64,000 nucleotides of DNA. Origin: an uncultured Bacilli bacterium (lineage in GTDB: Bacteria > Bacillota_I > Bacilli_A > RF39 > UBA660). The notes beneath the pieces were generated by a model that searched no databases, was not told the DNA's origin, and saw nothing but the letters and a program-made list of their open reading frames with translations. Shown in pieces: positions 1 through 8,759 of the stretch. Each line of letters starts with the position of its first letter. Positions within the stretch are counted from its first letter, which is position 1. A program made the translations under genes and the position numbers. Where the stretch lies: positions 2,575 to 66,574 of the forward strand of contig CALVOP010000005.1 in assembly GCA_944350345.1 (NCBI GenBank), in the 5' to 3' direction.

Positions 1-357
1 TTTGTTCCGCCAATTATTGCTGATGATAAGATCTTGACTGATGAATGGTTAGCTGATATGTCGGTAGTCAAAGATGTTACCCCGCAAGGAGAACTTGTTT
101 TAATTAGTGAAGTTGGCAAGTATGATGATTTTATTTTAAAATGTAAGGAAAGGTTATGCTCTTCGGCGCAGCTTGAAATCATGTTGCAGACTAGAGAGAC
201 TTTACTTAAATATAAAAAAGTCTTAGAAGTATCTAATAATCATTTAGCTAATGATATTAACAATTACACTCATGGAGCAAGATGTACATTTTATGATTTT
301 AATTGTTCATCAGATTGCGGTTTTAATGAAGGAAAAAAATTAATTAGAAAGATATAA
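1..357 (+). CDS. 3' end of a gene truncated by the window edge (product unknown)
   Basis: Frame 1 is open from nt 1 to TAA at 355-357. The ORF-track start at 34 is only a TTG inside the open frame. No motif I can name. It lies directly upstream of tmk. Confidence 0.4.
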   Translation, partial: FVPPIIADDKILTDEWLADMSVVKDVTPQGELVLISEVGKYDDFILKCKERLCSSAQLEIMLQTRETLLKYKKVLEVSNNHLANDINNYTHGARCTFYDFNCSSDCGFNEGKKLIRKI

Positions 358-371
358 TGGAGATTATTGAT

Positions 372-1043
372 ATGGCAAAACTTATATTGATAGAAGGAAC
401 TGATTGTTCTGGAAAAGAAACTCAAACTAAAAAAGTTATTGAAAGGTTAAACGATGAAGATATAAAGTCAATTTATTTTGGTTTTCCAAACTATAATAGC
501 CCTACTGGTAAGATTGTTGGTGGACCTTATTTAGGTAAGCCAGCTATTAGTGAATGTGTTTTTCCAGAAGGTGCGGCAAATGTGCCACCAAAAGTTGCTT
601 CATTATATTATGCAGCTGATAGAGAATATAATATTGGCAAGGTTAAAGAATATTTAAATGAGGGTTTTAATGTGTTTTTAGATAGGTATGTTGTATCTAA
701 TATGGCTCATCAAGGTGGAAAGATTGAAGATGAAGTGGAAAGAAAAAAAATGTATAAATGGTTAGAAGATTTAGAATATGGTTTATTAGAGTTACCTAGA
801 CCAGATTTTACAATTTTTTTGCATATGCCTTATAAATATAGTTTAATTTTAAAAAGCGGTAGGGAAGAAGCACTTGATGAACACGAAAGAAGTGAAACTC
901 ATTTAATTAATGCTGAAAAAGCATATTTAGAACTATCAGAACTTTATGGATTTGATGTAATAGAATGTGTAAAAGATGGAAATATTAGATCAATAGATGA
1001 TATTAATGATGAATTGGTTTTAAAATTAAAAAGGAAGATTTAA
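372..1043 (+). CDS. tmk: thymidylate kinase (dTMP kinase)
   Basis: N-terminal P-loop LILIEGTDCSGKETQ, followed by the DRY motif (LDRYVVSN) typical of Tmk. The ATG at 372 is 9 nt after GGAG. The ORF-track start at 357 lacks an RBS. Confidence 0.9.
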   Translation: MAKLILIEGTDCSGKETQTKKVIERLNDEDIKSIYFGFPNYNSPTGKIVGGPYLGKPAISECVFPEGAANVPPKVASLYYAADREYNIGKVKEYLNEGFNVFLDRYVVSNMAHQGGKIEDEVERKKMYKWLEDLEYGLLELPRPDFTIFLHMPYKYSLILKSGREEALDEHERSETHLINAEKAYLELSELYGFDVIECVKDGNIRSIDDINDELVLKLKRKI

Positions 1044-1053
1044 TTCTTCCTTT

Positions 1054-1227
1054 TTAATTATTACAATTTATGAATCCGGCTCCAAATACCACTACTAAAA
1101 GAATAAATAATACTAATATGATTGCAGCACCATATCCGTAGCCATAGCCGTTACCGTATCCATATGATGGACAATAACAACATGGGTTAGTGTTTCCGTA
1201 TCCACCACTATATCCATAATAATACAT
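1054..1227 (-). CDS. YjcZ-family tiny sporulation membrane protein (Gly/Tyr-rich)
   Basis: 57 aa: [55 protein letters not shown]-rich head plus a VLFILL hydrophobic core matches the tiny YjcZ-type proteins of spore formers. AGGAGG lies 6 nt upstream of the ATG at 1227. Confidence 0.6.
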   Translation of the reverse strand: MYYYGYSGGYGNTNPCCYCPSYGYGNGYGYGYGAAIILVLFILLVVVFGAGFINCNN

Positions 1228-1354
1228 AACTAACCTCCTTTTACTACCTATAATAATGTACGCGAATACGATGTTTTTTGACAATAAAATAACCCAAATT
1301 ATAAAAAAACTATTTAATGATTTTTAAAATATGATACAATAATTATGTGATAAT

Positions 1355-2515
1355 ATGAAAGGTAAAAGCATTTTAAATAAAATAGATAAACCTTTGTTGT
1401 TAATGTTATTGTTGTATTCTGCAATTGGTGTCCTTTTGGTATTGTCTGCTTCAAGTGTTTCTGCAGTTTTAAGAAATGGTGAAAGTCCATATTATTTTTT
1501 CATTAGACAATCAGTTTTTGTAGTTGTAAGTTATTTAATTGGATTTTTTGTAATATTAAAAGTACCTACTAAAGCTTATAAAGCTTTAGTTCCTCTTGGA
1601 TTAGCAGTAATTATAGGTTTATTAGTGTTTTTGTTATTATATGGTTCAGTTGTAAATAATGTTAAAAGTTGGATTGATTTAGGATTTTTTTCTGTTCAAC
1701 CTAGTGAGTTTGCTAAAACAATTTTAATTGTTTATATGGGTGTTTTTTTTGGAGAGTATGACAAGAGAAAAGATAAAAAGTATGGATTTTTAATTCCTAT
1801 ATCAGTTGGTATTTTAATATTTGGACTTACTGCCGCACAACCTGATTTAGGGACTGCACTTATTATTGCTGGTATTGTGTTTTTTACTTTTTTAAGTATA
1901 CCTCTTAAAAATAACACTGTTGCTAAAGCTCTTAAGATATTAGCTGGTGGTGCTTTAGTAGCTGTAATTGTATTTTTGGTAACGGGCACTAGTTTTTTAA
2001 CTGAAGAGCAACAAAGTAGATTAAATTTTAAAGCGCCTTGTACTAGGTATGTTGAAAAAACTGGGTATCAAGTTTGCAATGGTTTTATTGCAATTAATGG
2101 TGGCGGTTTGTTTGGTAAAGGCTTAGGTAATTCTACGCAAAAGTATTTGTATTTACCTGAAGCTCATACTGATTTTATTTTTCCAATTGCTGTTGAAGAA
2201 CTTGGCGTTGTTTTTGGTGTCCTAATGATTTTAGGGTATATATTTATTTTATATAGAATCGTTTTAATTTCTAAGACGTCTTATAATTTGAGAAATTCTA
2301 TTATTTGTTATGGTGTTGCTATATATATTTTGCTTCATTTAATCGTTAATTTTTGTGGCATTCTGGCTTTAATACCTCTTACTGGTGTTCCTGTTCCGTT
2401 TTTAAGTTATGGTGGAAGTTTTACATCGAATTTAATTTTTGCAATATTTATTGTTGAAAGAGTTGCTATTGAAAATAAAATTACTAAAAGAAAATTAGAA
2501 TTATCTAAAATATAA
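1355..2515 (+). CDS. FtsW/RodA/SpoVE-family (SEDS) peptidoglycan glycosyltransferase
   Basis: About 10 TM segments. Conserved SEDS motifs are present: QPSEFAK, AAQPDLGTA, PEAHTDFIF and PLTGVPVPFLSYGGS. Confidence 0.9.
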   Translation: MKGKSILNKIDKPLLLMLLLYSAIGVLLVLSASSVSAVLRNGESPYYFFIRQSVFVVVSYLIGFFVILKVPTKAYKALVPLGLAVIIGLLVFLLLYGSVVNNVKSWIDLGFFSVQPSEFAKTILIVYMGVFFGEYDKRKDKKYGFLIPISVGILIFGLTAAQPDLGTALIIAGIVFFTFLSIPLKNNTVAKALKILAGGALVAVIVFLVTGTSFLTEEQQSRLNFKAPCTRYVEKTGYQVCNGFIAINGGGLFGKGLGNSTQKYLYLPEAHTDFIFPIAVEELGVVFGVLMILGYIFILYRIVLISKTSYNLRNSIICYGVAIYILLHLIVNFCGILALIPLTGVPVPFLSYGGSFTSNLIFAIFIVERVAIENKITKRKLELSKI

Positions 2516-2551
2516 AAGAGTTTGATTAATTTTTTGTAATAATAATATTAG

Positions 2552-2578
2552 AAACAAGTTTTAAAACTTGTTTTTTTA
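2552..2578 (+). terminator. rho-independent terminator after the SEDS gene
   Basis: Perfect palindrome aaacaagtttt/aaaacttgttt followed by a T-run. Confidence 0.5.
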
Positions 2579-2592
2579 TGAAAGGAGGTTAT

Positions 2593-3273
2593 ATGTTTCT
2601 AGAAAGGTTTAAGCTGTTTTTTTATGAGCATCAAAAGTATTTTATGTATAGTTTTCTTTTGTTATTTGTTTGCATGTCTTTTTCTATTATTTATGTTAGT
2701 TTTAATAGTGATGTTAAAACTGTAGAACCGGAAGTTATTGCATTAAGTGATAATGAAGAAAAAGAGGAGATAATAGAAGCTGCTGTTGAAACTATTTTTA
2801 TTGATATTAAAGGTGAAGTAGATAATCCTGGAGTTTATGAAATGCAACGTGGTGATAGGGTTATTGATGCAGTTCAAATAGCAGGCGGTTTTACTGATGA
2901 GGCAACTACAGATAATGTTAATTTAAGTAAGAAACTTAAAGATGAAACTGTTATTATAATTCCTAGTTATCTAAAAGATTATGAAAATGTTACTATTAAA
3001 AATGATTATGAGATAGATATTAATGATGATATTGTTCAATTTGATGAAAACGAAAGTAATGAAAAAATTGAATCTTCTTCTAGCTTGGTAAATATAAATA
3101 CCGCTTCAGTTGTGGAGTTGATGTCTTTGGATGGAATAGGTGAATCAAAGGCTAAAGCAATTATTGAGTATAGAGATACTAATGGTGATTTTGAAAATAT
3201 TCTAGATATTAAAAATGTAAGCGGTATAGGCGAATCTATATATGAAAAAATTAAAGACTATATTACAGTATAA
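2593..3273 (+). CDS. comEA: competence protein ComEA (membrane-anchored, SLBB + helix-hairpin-helix DNA receptor)
   Basis: N-terminal TM segment, an SLBB-like block (IDIKGEVDNPGVYEMQRGDRVIDAVQIAGG) and a C-terminal HhH (NINTASVVELMSLDGIGESKAKAIIEYR...VSGIGES). GGAGG lies 5-6 nt before the ATG at 2593. Confidence 0.85.
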   Translation: MFLERFKLFFYEHQKYFMYSFLLLFVCMSFSIIYVSFNSDVKTVEPEVIALSDNEEKEEIIEAAVETIFIDIKGEVDNPGVYEMQRGDRVIDAVQIAGGFTDEATTDNVNLSKKLKDETVIIIPSYLKDYENVTIKNDYEIDINDDIVQFDENESNEKIESSSSLVNINTASVVELMSLDGIGESKAKAIIEYRDTNGDFENILDIKNVSGIGESIYEKIKDYITV

Positions 3274-5311
3274 TTATTTCTATTATGCCTTGTTCTTTTT
3301 GATAATTATTTTTACAATTTTTAGAATTAATATGTCTCATTCAATTTATCTTAATGATTCCGATAACTATTTAGTTTTTGTAGATGAGTTTAAAATAGAT
3401 GGTGACTATTTAAAAATTGAAGGAAAGGTTTCTAATGTAAAAGTTATTGCAACGTATTATATAAGTAGCTTTGAAGAACAACAGTATTTAATAAAAAATA
3501 TAAAATATGGTTCTTTACTAGAGATAAAGGGAAATGTTGTTATTCAAAGTAATAGCACTATTCCAAATGGCTTTAATTATAAGGACTATTTAGAAAAAAG
3601 TGGAATAAATAATTCTATTATAATTGAAAATATTAAAGTAATAAGCCAAAGTAATAATATTTTTTATGTAGTAAAAAATAAGGCTTATGAACGGATTAGT
3701 TTGTTTAAAAATCCAAATTATATGTATGCTTTTATACTGGGTAATACTAATTATATTGGTAGCGATATTAATGATATGTATGTAGAAAATGGTATAACGC
3801 ATCTTTTTTCTTTAAGTGGTCTTCATGTTGGTATTTTTGCTCTTATAATAATGAATTTGCTAAAAATATTTAGGATAAAAGAGTTTAAAAGGATATGTAT
3901 TGTTTTTGCATTTTTATTAGTTTTTGCTTTTATTACTGGGTATTCTCCATCTATTATAAGGGCAACTATATTATTTTTTTTAGTTGCATTAAACAAATAT
4001 TTGAAATTTAATGTTAAGACTGAAAATATTTTAATAGTTACTTTTGCTGTTTCGCTATTACTTAAACCAAATGATATATATAATGTAGGTTTTCAATTAT
4101 CTTATATAGTTACTTATTTTCTTATAGTTAGTAATTTTTTGTTTAAAAGTAAAAATGCTATTAAAGTTTCATTTTTAATAGGCGTTATTTCTTGTATTAG
4201 TAGTTTACCTATAATAATTAATTTAAATGGCGAAATTAATTTATTTAGTATTTTTAATAATATTATTTTTGTTCCATTTGTTTCTTATATAATTTTTCCG
4301 CTTGCTTTATTTACTTATATGTTTCCTTTTATGCAAAATATATTTTACTTTTTTGTTGAAATTATGGAACATTTATCTATCTTTTTAAATGATTTTAAAT
4401 TAATTATTGTAGTAAGAAATATTACTTTTATATGTGTAGTTATTTATTATATTTTTTTATTTTTGCTTTTTAAAACAAAAAAATTAAAATTTTTGGTTTT
4501 GGATTTTCTTTTGATTTTAATTATAAAATTTAGCATTGTTTTAGATAAAAATACGTATTTTTACTTTTTAGATGTAGGACAAGGGGATTCAATGTTTATT
4601 CTTACTGAAAATAAAAAAAGTATTATTATTGATACTGGTGGCAAAATAGATTATGAAAAAGAGGAGTGGGCAGTTAGAAGGACAAACTATTCAATTTGTG
4701 AAGATACTTTAATTCCTTTTTATAAAAGTTTGGGCGCAAAAGAAATTGATTATATGTTTGTAACTCATGGAGACGTGGATCATGCGAAAGAGGCTAGATG
4801 TATTTCGGAAAATATGAATGTAAAACAAAGTTTTATTAATAGTGATGGTGTTACAGATTATGAAAAACTTGATAACTATAAAAAATTTGGTAATTCTTTT
4901 ATAGAAATAGATAATGTTAAAATTTATAATATTAATAGTGTTTTATATGATAATGAAAATGATAATAGTTTGGTTTTATTAGTTGTAATAAATAATTTAA
5001 AGTTTTTACTTATGGGAGATGCTTCAATAAAAGTAGAAAAAAATTTAATTACTAATTATGATTTAAGTGATGTAGACGTTTTGAAAGTTGGACACCATGG
5101 TAGTAAGAGTAGTTCAAGTAAAGAATTTATTGATGAAATTAATCCAAAATATGCAATAATAAGTGTGGGTGAAAATAATAGGTATAATCACCCGAGTAAT
5201 GAAGTTTTAGATAATTTAAAAAATAGTATAATATATAGATCTGATAAGGATGGTACTATATTGTTTAAAATTAGTGATAATAAATTTGATGTCAAATTAT
5301 TTAATGTTTAA
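3242..5311 (+). CDS. comEC: DNA internalization competence protein ComEC/Rec2 (with C-terminal metallo-beta-lactamase domain)
   Basis: Polytopic competence domain (HLFSLSGLHVG). The C-terminal MBL motifs are FLDVGQGDS, HGDVDH and KVGHHGS. It overlaps the comEA 3' end by 32 nt. Confidence 0.9.
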   Translation: MKKLKTILQYNYFYYALFFLIIIFTIFRINMSHSIYLNDSDNYLVFVDEFKIDGDYLKIEGKVSNVKVIATYYISSFEEQQYLIKNIKYGSLLEIKGNVVIQSNSTIPNGFNYKDYLEKSGINNSIIIENIKVISQSNNIFYVVKNKAYERISLFKNPNYMYAFILGNTNYIGSDINDMYVENGITHLFSLSGLHVGIFALIIMNLLKIFRIKEFKRICIVFAFLLVFAFITGYSPSIIRATILFFLVALNKYLKFNVKTENILIVTFAVSLLLKPNDIYNVGFQLSYIVTYFLIVSNFLFKSKNAIKVSFLIGVISCISSLPIIINLNGEINLFSIFNNIIFVPFVSYIIFPLALFTYMFPFMQNIFYFFVEIMEHLSIFLNDFKLIIVVRNITFICVVIYYIFLFLLFKTKKLKFLVLDFLLILIIKFSIVLDKNTYFYFLDVGQGDSMFILTENKKSIIIDTGGKIDYEKEEWAVRRTNYSICEDTLIPFYKSLGAKEIDYMFVTHGDVDHAKEARCISENMNVKQSFINSDGVTDYEKLDNYKKFGNSFIEIDNVKIYNINSVLYDNENDNSLVLLVVINNLKFLLMGDASIKVEKNLITNYDLSDVDVLKVGHHGSKSSSSKEFIDEINPKYAIISVGENNRYNHPSNEVLDNLKNSIIYRSDKDGTILFKISDNKFDVKLFNV

Positions 5312-5372
5312 ATAATTATTAAAAGTATTATTATGGAATATGTTATAATTAATATAGAAAAAGGAGAAAAAA

Positions 5373-5861
5373 ATGAAAAATAAGTATTTATTTGGTTTGC
5401 TTTTGTTAATTATATCGCTTTTTATAACTGGTTGTGAGGATGATATTTATAGTGGGGCTAGTGAACCGCTTGAAAATCCTGGAGATGTTATTTTTACTAT
5501 ATCACTAAAAAATAATGCATGTATTCCAGTTCAGTTAACAGTTTATGAAGCCGGAACTTATGAGTTGTTTACTGAATATAAAGCTTGTAGATCAAATCAG
5601 AATTGTAATTCAATGCTAGTTTATACTAAATCAGTTAAAGGTTCTTATTCTTATGATGTTATGAAAATTTTGGATGAAACTAATAATGATTTTGCTGATT
5701 TAAGTGATACTACTTATTATGAATTATATGTTGGCGATAAGTATGTTGAAAAAGGTTATGAATATAATTATGTTATTTTAGAAAGTAAATATTTAGATGA
5801 ATTTTTAGATGAAATAGATTTAAAGTTAAATGCATGCGCTAAAGCAAAATATATTAATTAA
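5373..5861 (+). CDS. putative lipoprotein, function unknown
   Basis: Signal peptide with lipobox LFITGC. GGAG RBS upstream. No recognisable catalytic motif. Confidence 0.6.
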   Translation: MKNKYLFGLLLLIISLFITGCEDDIYSGASEPLENPGDVIFTISLKNNACIPVQLTVYEAGTYELFTEYKACRSNQNCNSMLVYTKSVKGSYSYDVMKILDETNNDFADLSDTTYYELYVGDKYVEKGYEYNYVILESKYLDEFLDEIDLKLNACAKAKYIN

Positions 5862-5865
5862 GTAG

Positions 5866-6075
5866 GTGATTTTTATTAAAGATAATATACGTAAGTTTTC
5901 GTTATTTGCATCTATAATTTTATTTGTAGTTTTTTTGATATTTATAGTATTTGATTTTATTAATTATAATAAGATTGAAAACTCAGCACCTTTTTATACT
6001 TTTTTAATAGCTAGAACTTTAGAATTTTTTGTTCCTGGTATTATATTATTTAGTGTGTCAAAAATTTTGAAGTAA
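5866..6075 (+). CDS. small two-TM membrane protein (hypothetical)
   Basis: 69-aa ORF with a GTG start and two hydrophobic stretches. The RBS is weak, so the call is tentative. Confidence 0.3.
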   Translation: MIFIKDNIRKFSLFASIILFVVFLIFIVFDFINYNKIENSAPFYTFLIARTLEFFVPGIILFSVSKILK

Positions 6076-6257
6076 ATTATAGATTTACCAAATTTCTTTA
6101 TTTTTATATCGTTTTGAAAATTAAAATTTTAAATAATAGTAAATATTTTAACAATATGTCATACAATATATTGTACGTCGATGGGCGTTTATATAAATTG
6201 CGAGGGAATTATCCCTCCATTTTTTTCTTTTTTTTTGACTCTTTAAGTGGTAAAATA

Positions 6258-6557
6258 ATGTTGGTGTTATCAATGGAAAACGAAATAAAATCACTGAATG
6301 AACTTTATAATAGGATTAAACCTGCTTTATATTCAAAAAAGTTAGAATTATGTAAAATGGGTTTAAGTTATATTAAAGAAGAAGATATTTGGAATTATTT
6401 ATCTAAAAATGACTGGGCTAATTCAAAGGATTTATCTCTTTTTGATATGGTCAGTGATATAATGCATTTGGAAAAATATAAAATTGAAGATTATATGATG
6501 AAAGTTTTTAAAAATAGTCATAGAGAATTATTGACTGAAGAAGAGAACTTATTATAG
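6258..6557 (+). CDS. ComN-like post-transcriptional regulator
   Basis: About 95-100 aa directly upstream of secDF, as comN (yrzD) is in B. subtilis. The sequence ...LCKMGLSYIKEEDIWNYL...WANSKDLSLFDMVSDIM resembles that family. The start is ambiguous (ATG 6258 or 6273). The long upstream extension in the ORF track (6114) is unlikely to be translated. Confidence 0.55.
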   Translation: MLVLSMENEIKSLNELYNRIKPALYSKKLELCKMGLSYIKEEDIWNYLSKNDWANSKDLSLFDMVSDIMHLEKYKIEDYMMKVFKNSHRELLTEEENLL

Positions 6558-6566
6558 GAGTTGAAT

Positions 6567-8741
6567 ATGAAAAGTAATTTAAAGACAAGTATTTTATTTA
6601 TAATATTGATGGCTGTTGTTATTGTTGCTTCTGTAAAGCCTGTTATAAATAGTATAAATTATGGTTTAGATTTAAAAGGTGGATTTGAGGTTTTGTATAA
6701 AGTAAGTCCGTTAAACGAGGATGAAGAGTTAACTGATGATATGCTAACTGCTACATATAAATCAATTAATAATAGAATTGATACTTTGGGTGTTAGTGAG
6801 CCTGAAATTAGTGTAGAAGGCGATAAGATACGTGTTAAGTTGCCGGGCATTACAGATGAAAGTGAAGCTAGGGAAAGACTTAGTACTCCTGCTGTTTTAA
6901 CTTTTAGAAATTCTAGTGATGAGTTATTAATGGCTGCAGATGTTTTGGATTCACCAGGAGCAAGCCTTGATTATAATGAGACTGGAAGACCTGTTGTGGC
7001 TCTTAAAATAAAAGATAATGATACATTTTATCATGTTACTAGTGCTGTTAGTAAAAGTGAAGATCAGTTAATTGTTATTTGGCTTGATTTTGATGAAACT
7101 AAACATAGTTTTGAAAGTATTAAAGAAGAGTGTGGTACTAGTAATGCTGCATGTATTTCAAGTGCGACAGTTAAAGAAGCATTTAGTAGTAACGTGGTAA
7201 TTGAAGGTAATTTTACAAAAGAAGAAGCACAAGAATTAGTAGATTTGATTAATTCTGGTAGTCTTCCTACTAAATTAGAAGAGGTTAGTACTAAAACTGT
7301 AGATGCGTCTTTTGGTAGTGATACTTTACGTATTGCTGCTTTGGCTGGCGTGATTACATTAGTAATAATAACTATAATTATGACAATTTTTTATAGACTT
7401 TCTGGATTTGTTAGTTCTATTTGTTTAGTATTTTATTCATTGTTGGTTTTGGCAATGTTTAATGCTATAGATGGCGTTTTGACTTTGACTGGAATTGCAG
7501 CTTTAATATTAGGTGTAGGTATGGCTATAGATAGTTCTATTGTTACTTTGGAAAAAATTAAAGATGAGCTAGTTAATGGTAAAAAGTTGGATAAAGCTTT
7601 TACTGACGCTAATAAAAGAAGTTTGGTTTCTTTAATTGATGCAAATATTACTACACTTATTGTTGCTGTTATATTATTTGTGTTTGGAGAAAGTTCAGTT
7701 AAAGGTTTTGGGTCAATGTTAATTTTGACAATTATAGTAACGATGATTACGATGATTTTAATTAATAGATATATTTTAAAAGGTTTTATACATTTAAATA
7801 CATCAGTTTTTATAGGAAGAGTTAAAGAAAGTAAAATTAGAAATTTTGTTAAGCATTCAGTTAAATTACTTTTTGTATATTTAGTCGTAATAATTATAGC
7901 AGTTGTGTTTGCTTTTGTTCAAAAAGTAAATTTAGGTATAGATTTTGCAGGTGGAACTAGTATTACTTTGAAAAGTGATAATGCAATTGATGAAAGTGTA
8001 ATAAAAGAAATAATTAGTGAATACGAATTAAGTGATTATACTACTTCAAGTGATGAACAAGTAGATATAAAGATTAAAGAAGTATTGGCAGAGGATGAAA
8101 TAAAAAGTTTAAAACAAGAATTTGATGAAATTAGTGTTAATAGTGATATATCAGTAATATCTAATGTAGTTAAGAAAGATTTAACTGAAAATGCTATTAA
8201 ATCTGTTATTATTGCTGCAATTTGTATTTTAATTTATGTTAGTATAAGATTTAAGTTTAACTATGGAATAGCTAGTTTAGTAGCTTTATGTATTGATATT
8301 ACTTCTGTAATAGCAGCATTTATTATATTTAATATTGAAATTAACTTTATATTTATAGCAGCAATACTTACAATACTTGGTTATTCTATAAATGATACAA
8401 TCGTAATATTTGATTTAATAAGGGAAAAGAAAAAAGAGGAAAATAAAGCGAGTATTTCTGATGAAGTTATAGTAAATGAATGCTTATCTAAGGCAGTTAT
8501 AAGAAGCATATTAACTACTATAACTACTTTGACTTCTGTCGTTGTATTGCTTATTTTAGGAGCTACAGAAATAAAGGAATTTAATATTGCAATATTAATT
8601 GGACTTATAGTTGGGACATTTACTTCTATGTTTATCGCACCTTATGTTTGGATAAAACTTGAAAAAAGAGATAGATTAAAACCTAAAGAAGAATACGATG
8701 ATGGTCCAGAAGAAAAAAGTATAAAAGGAATTAACTCATAG
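6567..8741 (+). CDS. secDF: protein translocase subunit SecDF (fused)
   Basis: 720+ aa with two 6-TM RND-like halves. It carries SecD (LGLDLKGG) and SecF (LGIDFAGGT) signatures. AGGAG lies 6 nt before the ATG at 6567. Confidence 0.9.
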   Translation: MKSNLKTSILFIILMAVVIVASVKPVINSINYGLDLKGGFEVLYKVSPLNEDEELTDDMLTATYKSINNRIDTLGVSEPEISVEGDKIRVKLPGITDESEARERLSTPAVLTFRNSSDELLMAADVLDSPGASLDYNETGRPVVALKIKDNDTFYHVTSAVSKSEDQLIVIWLDFDETKHSFESIKEECGTSNAACISSATVKEAFSSNVVIEGNFTKEEAQELVDLINSGSLPTKLEEVSTKTVDASFGSDTLRIAALAGVITLVIITIIMTIFYRLSGFVSSICLVFYSLLVLAMFNAIDGVLTLTGIAALILGVGMAIDSSIVTLEKIKDELVNGKKLDKAFTDANKRSLVSLIDANITTLIVAVILFVFGESSVKGFGSMLILTIIVTMITMILINRYILKGFIHLNTSVFIGRVKESKIRNFVKHSVKLLFVYLVVIIIAVVFAFVQKVNLGIDFAGGTSITLKSDNAIDESVIKEIISEYELSDYTTSSDEQVDIKIKEVLAEDEIKSLKQEFDEISVNSDISVISNVVKKDLTENAIKSVIIAAICILIYVSIRFKFNYGIASLVALCIDITSVIAAFIIFNIEINFIFIAAILTILGYSINDTIVIFDLIREKKKEENKASISDEVIVNECLSKAVIRSILTTITTLTSVVVLLILGATEIKEFNIAILIGLIVGTFTSMFIAPYVWIKLEKRDRLKPKEEYDDGPEEKSIKGINS

Positions 8742-8759
8742 ATAAGGAGAAAAAATAAA

